Notes under the pieces: model-generated
What the model saw: only the letters and a program-made list of their open reading frames with translations
Database searches by the model: none
What the model was told of the DNA's origin: nothing
Assembly: GCA_045600105.1 (NCBI GenBank)
Contig: JAZRXG010000049.1
Location: 304-64,303 of the forward strand
Source of the DNA: Eubacteriales bacterium
GTDB taxonomy: Bacteria > Bacillota > Clostridia > Oscillospirales > CAG-382
DNA length: 64,000 nt
Direction of reading: 5' to 3'
Position numbers and translations under genes: made by a program
Shown here: one piece after another, positions 9,110 to 16,943 of the stretch
How positions within the stretch are numbered: position 1 is the first letter of the stretch
Layout of the letters: every line of letters starts with the position of its first letter

Positions 9110-10225
9110 TCAGTTATCGCTTCTTCTGTTATTGCTGAGCATGGAAATTATGCTGTCGATCTCATTGCCGGAAGCGTTTTTCTGAGGAGCAGACTGAGCA
9201 AAAGAAGTTGCCGCAGCGGGAGCGGAAGTGGTCGCTTCGGCTGCCTTTCTGTATTCGTACGAGCCTTTTTCTTCCTCAAAGCCGGTAGCGATGAGGGTGA
9301 TGTGCATTTCGTCCTCGAGCTGAGTATCGAACGCGACACCGAAGATAACGGTAGCGTCGGGATGTGCCTCGTTGGTGATGAGTGTGACGGCTTCGTCGAT
9401 CTCGTCAAGACCGATATCGGGAGACGAGGTGATGTTGACGATGATGCCCTTTGCTCCCGCGATGCTGGTTTCGAGAAGCGGAGAAGACATTGCCATCTTG
9501 GCTGCCTGCTCGGACTTGTCCTTGCCCTTCGCCGCGCCTACGCCCATGTGAGCAAGGCCCGCGTTGGTCATGACGGTGGAAACGTCGGCAAAGTCGAGGT
9601 TGATATAGCCGTTGGTGGTGATGAGTTCGCAGATGGACTGAACGCCCTTGCGGAGGATGTCGTCGGCTTCCTGGAAAGCGTTGAGGAAGGTAATCTTTTT
9701 ATCGGTGAGGAGCTTGAGTCTTTCGTTGGGGATAACGAGGAGAGAGTCAACGTACTGAGAAAGCTTTGCGATCCCCTCTTCGGCGTTGACCATTCTGTTT
9801 CTGCCTTCGAATTTGAAGGGCTTGGTAACGATGGCAACGGTGAGGATGCCGAGAGATCTTGCGACCTTAGCGACAACGGGAGCAGCGCCCGTTCCGGTTC
9901 CGCCGCCCATACCCGCGGTGATGAATACCATATTTGCGCCCTGGATCGCCTCGGTGATCTGTTCGAGGGATTCTTCGGCGGCTTTTTCACCGAGTTCGGG
10001 GTTGGCGCCTGCGCCGTGACCCTTGGTCACCTTGTCGCCGATGGCGATCTTGGTGGGAGCAAGAGACTTGACGAGGATCTGAGTATCGGTGTTGACGTTG
10101 ATATAATCAACGTTGTCGGCATTGATGTTCATGGAAACCATACGGTTGACCGCGTTTCCGCCGCCTCCGCCTACGCCGATGACTTTGATGCTTACGTTGG
10201 TGTTGTAGCCGTTTTCGTTAGACAT
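9110..10225 (-). CDS. ftsZ: cell division protein FtsZ, downstream paralogue
   Basis: GGGTGTG tubulin signature, IGVGGGGGNAVNRM, NLDFADV T7 loop, variable linker and a short C-terminal peptide (EIDSIISMLSN). GGAGG RBS. Starts 30 nt after the upstream ftsZ. Confidence 0.95.
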   Translation of the reverse strand: MSNENGYNTNVSIKVIGVGGGGGNAVNRMVSMNINADNVDYINVNTDTQILVKSLAPTKIAIGDKVTKGHGAGANPELGEKAAEESLEQITEAIQGANMVFITAGMGGGTGTGAAPVVAKVARSLGILTVAIVTKPFKFEGRNRMVNAEEGIAKLSQYVDSLLVIPNERLKLLTDKKITFLNAFQEADDILRKGVQSICELITTNGYINLDFADVSTVMTNAGLAHMGVGAAKGKDKSEQAAKMAMSSPLLETSIAGAKGIIVNITSSPDIGLDEIDEAVTLITNEAHPDATVIFGVAFDTQLEDEMHITLIATGFEEEKGSYEYRKAAEATTSAPAAATSFAQSAPQKNASGNEIDSIISMLSNNRRSDN

Positions 10226-10255
10226 TTATTATTCCTCCGATTTATTATCTATATT

Positions 10256-11317
10256 TTATCTTCTGTTGAGGAGATCAAAGATCTCGTTTATGTTCTGTTC
10301 CGCTTTGGGAGCTTCTTCGGTCTTGGAAGGCGCGGGTCTTTCGGGCATAGAAGGAGCCTGAACGGCTGATCTGCCGTTCTTTTCGAATCCGGTGGCGATG
10401 AGGGTTATGCGCATTTCGTCCTCGAGGGTGGGATCGAAAACGGTACCGAAGATGACGGTGGCATCGGGATGTGCTTCGTCGGTTATCATGGTAGCCGCCT
10501 GATCGATCTCGTCAAGGCTGATATCGGGCGACGCGGTGATGTTGACGATGATGCCCTTCGCGCCGTTGATGTTGGTCTCGAGAAGAGGAGAAGACATTGC
10601 CATCTTGGCAGCCTGCTCGGATTTGTCCTTGCCCTTTGCGGCGCCGACGCCCATGTGAGCAAGTCCCGCGTTGGTCATGACGGCGCATACGTCCGCGAAG
10701 TCGAGGTTGATGTAGCCTTCGTTGAGGATGAGCTCGGAAATGGAACGGACACCCTTGCGGAGTATGTCGTCGGCTTCCTGGAAAGCGTTGAGGAAGGTTA
10801 TCTTTTTATCGGTAAGGAGCTTGAGTCTTTCATTGGGGATGACGATGAGAGAATCGACGTATTCGGAAAGCGCGTCGATACCGGCTTCAGCCTGAGCCAT
10901 TCTGTGCTTGCCTTCGAAATTGAAGGGCTTGGTGACGATGGCAACGGTGAGGATGCCGAGTCCCTTGGCGATCTGGGCAACTACGGGAGCAGCGCCCGTG
11001 CCGGTGCCGCCGCCCATGCCGGCGGTGATGAATACCATATTCGCTCCCTTGAGAGCTTCTTTGATCTGTTCAACGGAATCCTCGGCGCTCTTTTTGCCGA
11101 GTTCGGGATTGGAGCCTGCGCCCTGACCTCTCGTGACTTTGTCGCCGATGGCGATCTTGGTAGCAGCGATAGTCTTGTAGAGTGACTGAGTATCGGTATT
11201 AACGTTGATATATTCAACGTTTTCAAGGTTATCGGCTATCATTCTGTCGACCGCGTTGCTTCCGCCGCCGCCTATGCCGATGACTTTGATTATTACGTTG
11301 CCGTCAAATGTTTCCAT
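10256..11317 (-). CDS. ftsZ: cell division protein FtsZ, upstream paralogue
   Basis: IGIGGGGSNAVDRM, GGGTGTG, NLDFADV; C-terminal peptide NEIFDLLNRR; 353 aa. Confidence 0.95.
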   Translation of the reverse strand: METFDGNVIIKVIGIGGGGSNAVDRMIADNLENVEYINVNTDTQSLYKTIAATKIAIGDKVTRGQGAGSNPELGKKSAEDSVEQIKEALKGANMVFITAGMGGGTGTGAAPVVAQIAKGLGILTVAIVTKPFNFEGKHRMAQAEAGIDALSEYVDSLIVIPNERLKLLTDKKITFLNAFQEADDILRKGVRSISELILNEGYINLDFADVCAVMTNAGLAHMGVGAAKGKDKSEQAAKMAMSSPLLETNINGAKGIIVNITASPDISLDEIDQAATMITDEAHPDATVIFGTVFDPTLEDEMRITLIATGFEKNGRSAVQAPSMPERPAPSKTEEAPKAEQNINEIFDLLNRR

Positions 11318-11366
11318 ATTTATTCCCTTTCCGACTTTATATGATTATTCTATATTACTTTATCGT

Positions 11367-11395
11367 AGTATAAAACAAATCCGTCGTTTTTTCAA
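11367..11395 (-). promoter_or_regulatory. putative sigma-A promoter upstream of the ftsZ pair
   Basis: On the minus strand, TTGAAA (11390-11395), a 17 nt spacer, then TATACT (11367-11372), in the 119 bp ftsQ-ftsZ gap. Confidence 0.5.
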
Positions 11396-11436
11396 TAGTT
11401 TTTTCGAAAAAATCGTTCATTTCCGCAGATTTTTTC

Positions 11437-12249
11437 TTAATTTTCGCCGCTTGGCGAGAATACCGCCTCTTTTTTGTCCGATATATCGAGCGTTCCCGTG
11501 TAATCGTCGTAAAGATGCTCCATTATCTTGATGAAAAAGCGTATCTTGTCCTCGCAGTCGTCGACACCGCCGAAATACACTCTGAGCCTTCCCTCGTAGC
11601 CGAAGCAAATATCGAATCTGTTCGGTGCCTCGATATAGTCGACCTTGTCGGTCAGCTCGTAGAGCTCGAGCATCTGCCAGAGCTCGTCCAGAGAGGTGAG
11701 CAGTTTTTCTTCGTTGAACGACAGTTTTTCACCGACGACGCATTCCCTGACGTATCCGGTCTTCAGCGGAAGCGCGTCCTCACTGTAAGCCATTTCGAGC
11801 ACGTCGAAATCCTCGGAAAGCAGGTATGTGTTGTTTTTGACGTCGATGCGGAAGCGAGCCTTTTCTTCCTTCACGTTGATGATGACCGTGGACGGCAGCT
11901 TTCGCGTAACGTCCGCGCTCTTTATGTACGGGAAGAGCGAGCATATCTCATCCTCGAGCGAGTCGGCGTCGAACGCATAAAGCGAGCCGCCTGTTTTGAG
12001 CGATATCGCCGCCTTTATCTCCTCGTCGGTGTACCTCGTGTTCCCTTTTACGGTTATCGTGTTTATCTTGAAAAACAGAGCTAAGACAACAGCGAAAAAA
12101 CTGACGGCCGCCGCCGCGATGATGACGAGATAAACTATCATCCGCATGCGGTTCTTTCTGCCGAGCGGTTTATCGAGGAGTTCCTCTTTTATTAAATTGT
12201 TCTCGGCAAGCCGAAGTTCTTCGTCGACGTTCTTATTTTTGTTTGACAA
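11437..12249 (-). CDS. ftsQ: cell division protein FtsQ/DivIB
   Basis: Single TM helix, then a POTRA-like segment (INTITVKGNTRYTDEEI). Located after murG in the dcw cluster. Confidence 0.8.
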   Translation of the reverse strand: MSNKNKNVDEELRLAENNLIKEELLDKPLGRKNRMRMIVYLVIIAAAAVSFFAVVLALFFKINTITVKGNTRYTDEEIKAAISLKTGGSLYAFDADSLEDEICSLFPYIKSADVTRKLPSTVIINVKEEKARFRIDVKNNTYLLSEDFDVLEMAYSEDALPLKTGYVRECVVGEKLSFNEEKLLTSLDELWQMLELYELTDKVDYIEAPNRFDICFGYEGRLRVYFGGVDDCEDKIRFFIKIMEHLYDDYTGTLDISDKKEAVFSPSGEN

Positions 12250-13342
12250 GCTTCATTACCTCGTCGGTTATTTTTTCGAGTGCGTCGGGTTTTCCGTATT
12301 CTTTCATTTTTGCTGCCATCTTCTCACGCTTTTCGCTGTCGGAAGCGAGAGACATGACACATTCGGCAAGCAGTTTGCCGTTCAGCTCGCTTTCGCGGAA
12401 TACCTCAGCGGCTCCCGCGTCCTTGAGGACGGCGGCGTTCTTGTACTGATGGTCCTCGGCGACGTTGGGCGACGGGATGAACACCGTTGCTCTGCCGAGG
12501 CAGGCGAGTTCGGAATAGGTCATCGCTCCCGCTCTGCATATCACTATATCGGCGGCTGCCTGTCTGAGCGGCATATCGTAGATATATTCCCTTATTTCAA
12601 AGCCTTCGCGTTTGTCAAGACCTTTTTCGTTTACTGCCTTGCTGAACTGTTCCCAGCCGATATGTCCGATGGCGTGGAGCTGCTTGATCCTCTTGTCATC
12701 CTTGTATATCTCCATCGCGTCGATGCAGTATTCGTTGACCTTGTCCGCTCCGAGGCTTCCGCCGTAGGACAGAACGTATATATCGTCGTCGGAAAGTCCG
12801 AGCTGTCTTCTCGCTTCACTGCGCGTGAAGGTGTTTTTCTTGACGGGGTTGCCGGCAAGAACGAGTTTGTTCTGAACGGACGGGTCGAAAAGCTTGTGGC
12901 TTTCGATAAAGCTGGTGCAGACGGTGTTGACGCATTTTGAAAGCTTTTTGGTCGTGACTCCCGGGTAGGCATTCTGTTCCTGGATGAGGGTGGGGATGCC
13001 GAGAGAAGACGCCGCTTTTACGCAGGGCCAGCTTGCGTAGCCGCCCGTGCCGATGACTATGTCGGGGGAGAACGCCTTGACGATCTTCTTGGCGTTTCTC
13101 ACCGAGGTGAGTGCCTTGTAGGCGACCTTGACGTTTTTGAGCGTAAACGAACGGTGGAAGCCGTAGACCTCGACCGTATTGAGCTTGTAGCCCGCTTCGG
13201 GAACGAGCTTGGTCTCGAGTCCGCGTTCGGTCCCGACGAATTCTATGACCGCGTCTTTATCGACGTTTTTGATAGACGAGGCAATGGCAAGAGCGGGGTT
13301 GATGTGTCCGCCGGTGCCGCCTCCGCAAAGTAGATATCTCAT
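12233..13342 (-). CDS. murG: UDP-N-acetylglucosamine--N-acetylmuramyl-(pentapeptide) pyrophosphoryl-undecaprenol GlcNAc transferase MurG
   Basis: GGTGGHINPALA N-terminal motif; 369 aa; dcw context. Confidence 0.95.
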   Translation of the reverse strand: MRYLLCGGGTGGHINPALAIASSIKNVDKDAVIEFVGTERGLETKLVPEAGYKLNTVEVYGFHRSFTLKNVKVAYKALTSVRNAKKIVKAFSPDIVIGTGGYASWPCVKAASSLGIPTLIQEQNAYPGVTTKKLSKCVNTVCTSFIESHKLFDPSVQNKLVLAGNPVKKNTFTRSEARRQLGLSDDDIYVLSYGGSLGADKVNEYCIDAMEIYKDDKRIKQLHAIGHIGWEQFSKAVNEKGLDKREGFEIREYIYDMPLRQAAADIVICRAGAMTYSELACLGRATVFIPSPNVAEDHQYKNAAVLKDAGAAEVFRESELNGKLLAECVMSLASDSEKREKMAAKMKEYGKPDALEKITDEVMKLVKQK

Positions 13343-14583
13343 TCTATCTCTCCTCTTTCGGTATAGGAATATTTGGATATTGAGAGCACGAGTCCCATCT
13401 CGGCAAGCGAAATGAGGAGCGCCGTTCCGCCGTAGCTGAAGAACGGGAGGCTTATGCCCGTTGAAGGGATCGTATTGGTGACGACCGCGATATTCAGTAT
13501 CACCTGAAGCGCGAGCTTGGTCATAAGTCCCGCGACGATGAGCTGACCGAATCTGTCTTTGCAGTTTTTGGCGATGATGAATCCGCGTATGATGAGGGCG
13601 GCGAAGAGCGCTATCGCGGCGAAAGCGCCGACGAATCCGAGTTCTTCACAAAGAATGGCAAAAATGTAGTCGTTCTGCGGTTCGGGCAGATAGCCGTGCT
13701 TCTGCATCGACTGTCCGAGTCCGACTCCCCAGAATCCGCCTGAGGAGATCGCGAAAAGTGACTGCGAAGGCTGCCAGCCTCCCCATCCCGTCGCTTCATC
13801 GCGCATATACTTTATGGGGTCCTGCCAGATAAGAAGACGCTTTGCGGCGTGTCCTATGTTTTCGCTTTTTGAAAGCAGGTCGATTATCTTCTGAATATGT
13901 GTGACGACGTAGGTCACGGCCGCTCCTCCGACTGCGCTGAGGAAGATGAGAAGCTTGCCGTTGGTGCCGCCGAGTATCATCATGCAGAAAACGAGGGTGA
14001 ATGTGATGATCGCCGCGGAAAGATGGTTCTGGAGTATGAGTATGCCGACGCTCACCGCCATCATGGCGGCAAACGGAAGGAATCCGTATCTGAACGTCCG
14101 CATCTTATCCTGTTTCAATGCCGCCCATCTCGCGCAGTAGACGACCGTCATTATCTTGAGTAATTCGGACGGCTGGAAGTTGACGCCGCCTATCACTATC
14201 CATCTTTTGGCACCGAGTCCGATATAACCGAACACGAGAACGGCGGCGTTCAGCAGGAGCACGGCGTAGTAGACTATCGGCGTGAGCTTCATTACAAGCT
14301 CGCGTTTGCCGAATTTGATGACGCACATCATCACGAGAAGTCCGAGAGCGATGAAAAATATCTGACTTTTGGAGAAATAATAACTGTCACCGAATTTGCT
14401 CTGCGCGTAAGCGTAGCTCGATGTGAATACCATGACCGTGCCGAAAGCAAGCAAAACGAGAAGCAGATAAAGGAACGGTCTGTCAACACCGCCCATCCAA
14501 CGGATGATGATGGTCTGCTTTTTGGCAGTTGTCTTATTTGCCGTCGGCTTTTTGACGGTTCTGCCGGTTTTTTCAGAATCCAT
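13339..14583 (-). CDS. ftsW: SEDS family peptidoglycan glycosyltransferase FtsW/SpoVE
   Basis: Polytopic membrane protein with PSELLK and GISLPFFSYGGT motifs; 4-nt overlap with murG. Confidence 0.9.
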   Translation of the reverse strand: MDSEKTGRTVKKPTANKTTAKKQTIIIRWMGGVDRPFLYLLLVLLAFGTVMVFTSSYAYAQSKFGDSYYFSKSQIFFIALGLLVMMCVIKFGKRELVMKLTPIVYYAVLLLNAAVLVFGYIGLGAKRWIVIGGVNFQPSELLKIMTVVYCARWAALKQDKMRTFRYGFLPFAAMMAVSVGILILQNHLSAAIITFTLVFCMMILGGTNGKLLIFLSAVGGAAVTYVVTHIQKIIDLLSKSENIGHAAKRLLIWQDPIKYMRDEATGWGGWQPSQSLFAISSGGFWGVGLGQSMQKHGYLPEPQNDYIFAILCEELGFVGAFAAIALFAALIIRGFIIAKNCKDRFGQLIVAGLMTKLALQVILNIAVVTNTIPSTGISLPFFSYGGTALLISLAEMGLVLSISKYSYTERGEIE

Positions 14584-14619
14584 GATTATCCTTTCCCGTT
14601 TGACGGTGTTTTATATTGT

Positions 14620-15609
14620 TCAGAGTTTGATTATTATCAGATACGACAATGCCGCGATCACCACGGTGAAGGCGAGGAACATTCCGACGATCTGCACTTC
14701 GGTAAGTCCGCAGAGCTCGAAGTGATGATGTATCGGCGCCATTTTGAAGAATCTCTTCTTCCCTTTCGTAAGCTTGAAAACCGCCACCTGGATCATTACC
14801 GAAATGCCTTCGAGAACGTAGACGAGACCGGCAAGGATCATGATGAGGGGACGTCCGACGCGCATCGCGCAGCAGACGAGCATCGATCCGAGGAAGAGGG
14901 AGCCCGTGTCGCCCATGAATATCTTTGCGGGATGGAAGTTGAAAATGAGGAACGCGGCAAGAGCGCCGAGAAGAGCCATTTCAACGAACGCCATATTGTG
15001 CAGCGATTCCCGGCAGGCGACGAAGAGGAACATTGCGGCAAGCACGAAAGCCACGCTTCCGGCAAGTCCGTCAAGTCCGTCGGTGAGGTTGGCGGTATTG
15101 ATTATATAAACCATCAGAACGCCGATGATTATGTAATAGAATACGCCGAGGTCGACCATCGAGGATGTGAACGGTATATTCACCGACGTGGTGATGAGTC
15201 CGCATTTCGCGAGAGCGAAAAGATAACCGGCTGCAGCCGCGGACTGAAGAACGAGCTTCTGTATCGCGGTGAGCCCCTGATTGCGTTTTTTGAAAAGCTT
15301 GACGTAGTCATCTATAAAACCGATGCCCGCGTTGAGAAGAGCGAAGCAAATATTGATGACGAAAAAACTGCTGCCCGCGTTGATGTCGCCTATGATCGCC
15401 ATGACGGCTATCGCGACCGCGCTGCCCGTGATGAAGAAGAGTCCGCCCATAACGGGGGTGCCCTCCTTGCACTTATGCCAGTTGGGTCCGATTTCGAGTA
15501 TTTTCTGACCGAGTTTCACTTTTCGAAGGAGCGGAATGAATACCTTGTAGAGCGCGAAAGAAACGGCAAACGACGTCAGAAAAGCTATAACGAGATGTAA
15601 TGTGTTCAT
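14620..15609 (-). CDS. mraY: phospho-N-acetylmuramoyl-pentapeptide transferase MraY
   Basis: NLTDGLDGLA, GDTGSLFLG and APIHHHFE motifs; 329 aa. Confidence 0.95.
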   Translation of the reverse strand: MNTLHLVIAFLTSFAVSFALYKVFIPLLRKVKLGQKILEIGPNWHKCKEGTPVMGGLFFITGSAVAIAVMAIIGDINAGSSFFVINICFALLNAGIGFIDDYVKLFKKRNQGLTAIQKLVLQSAAAAGYLFALAKCGLITTSVNIPFTSSMVDLGVFYYIIIGVLMVYIINTANLTDGLDGLAGSVAFVLAAMFLFVACRESLHNMAFVEMALLGALAAFLIFNFHPAKIFMGDTGSLFLGSMLVCCAMRVGRPLIMILAGLVYVLEGISVMIQVAVFKLTKGKKRFFKMAPIHHHFELCGLTEVQIVGMFLAFTVVIAALSYLIIIKL

Positions 15610-16943
15610 AATCCGGCTTCCTTTATTGTTTCATCAAGTCCCATGCGGTTGCTTCCCTTGAAAAGCATCACATCGCCGTTTTGAACGATGCTTCTGATAA
15701 AGGACGCCGCCTGACTTTTTTCTTCGATGCTGAAATAACGAGAAGTGCATTTTCTCGGTTTCTTTTCCCAATTCTCACCGACGAACAGAACGATATCGGC
15801 GATATCCGCCGCACAAGATGCCACTTCCTCGTGATAACGCCGCGTGTCTCCGCCGAGCTCGAGCATATCACCGAGAACTGCGATCCTGCGTCCCGTTTTG
15901 GAAGCGAGCACCGAAAGCGACGCTTTCATGGATTCGGGAGCGGCGTTATAGCAGTCGGCAATGACGGTGACTCCGTTCTTTTCGTAAATGCGCTGTCTGT
16001 TTCCGGTGGGAACGAAGTTTTCAAACGCTTTCGCCGCGTTTTCGGGGGAAATGCCGCAAAGGACGCCCGCCGCGAACGCGTAGAGCGAATCCTTGACGGT
16101 ATGAAGTCCCTCGGCAGGCAGGCTTACGCTTATCCTGCCGGACGGGTAAACTATGTCGTAATTGGTATTTCTGCCGTCAAAACCGATATTTTCGGCTTTG
16201 AAATCGCATCTTTCGGAAAAGCCGCAGAACATGACTTTCTGCTTCACCTTGTCACGCATAGCGTATTCGGCATCCGAATCGCCGTCGGTGACGAGATATC
16301 CGTCGTCTCTTTCGCCGACGGTTATATCGAATTTTTCGGCTCTGATGTTTTCCCTGCTGCCGAGATACTCCATGTGCGAAGTGCCGACGCAGGTGATGAC
16401 CGAAAGGTACGGCTTTGCCATATTCGAAAGGCGGGATATTTCGCCGCGAAGCGACATTCCCATTTCGAGTACGGCGTATTCGTATTCGTCTTTTTCAATG
16501 GAGCAGACGAGCATCGGAGAGCCGATGACGCTGTTTCTGTTTCCGCCCGAAACGAACGTCCTGTGCTCGGACGCGAACACGAGCCCGCACAGGTCCTTGG
16601 TCGTCGTTTTGCCGACGCTACCGGTGACGGCGATGACCTTCAGGTCGTAAAGTGCCTTTTCTTTCCAGTATCCGGCGATCTCGCACAGTGCCTTTTCGGT
16701 GTTTTCGACGAGGATATTGTTTTCGTTGAAATACTCTTCTTCCGAAACGACACAATGATATCCTTTGGCGTTTAGGTCGGGAACAAATTTGTGTCCGTCT
16801 ACCCTTTCACCTATCAGAGCGGAATAAAGTCCGCCGTCACACGGTGTGCGTGAATCGGTGAAAAGCCCTTTGACGACGGCTTTTCCGTCGCCTTTATATT
16901 TTCCGTGAGCGGCATTTGCCGCCTCTTCGAGCGTGATATACAT
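15606..16943 (-). CDS. murF: UDP-N-acetylmuramoyl-tripeptide--D-alanyl-D-alanine ligase MurF
   Basis: Mur ligase P-loop TGSVGKTTTK; 445 aa; overlaps mraY by 4 nt and shares one base with the pbp stop codon. Confidence 0.9.
   Translation of the reverse strand: MYITLEEAANAAHGKYKGDGKAVVKGLFTDSRTPCDGGLYSALIGERVDGHKFVPDLNAKGYHCVVSEEEYFNENNILVENTEKALCEIAGYWKEKALYDLKVIAVTGSVGKTTTKDLCGLVFASEHRTFVSGGNRNSVIGSPMLVCSIEKDEYEYAVLEMGMSLRGEISRLSNMAKPYLSVITCVGTSHMEYLGSRENIRAEKFDITVGERDDGYLVTDGDSDAEYAMRDKVKQKVMFCGFSERCDFKAENIGFDGRNTNYDIVYPSGRISVSLPAEGLHTVKDSLYAFAAGVLCGISPENAAKAFENFVPTGNRQRIYEKNGVTVIADCYNAAPESMKASLSVLASKTGRRIAVLGDMLELGGDTRRYHEEVASCAADIADIVLFVGENWEKKPRKCTSRYFSIEEKSQAASFIRSIVQNGDVMLFKGSNRMGLDETIKEAGL

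Larger units (their letters stand above)
9110..11317 (-). repeat. tandem gene duplication (two ftsZ copies, period about 1.1 kb)
   Basis: The two ORFs align end to end. Some nucleotide patches are nearly identical, for example 9645-9753 versus 10752-10860 (about 8 mismatches in 109 nt by hand count). Confidence 0.9.

Noticed and set aside
9101-11185. + strand ORFs 9101-10369 (422 aa) and 10469-11185 (238 aa)
   Set aside because: They are antisense to the two ftsZ genes. Their mutual similarity simply mirrors the ftsZ duplication.
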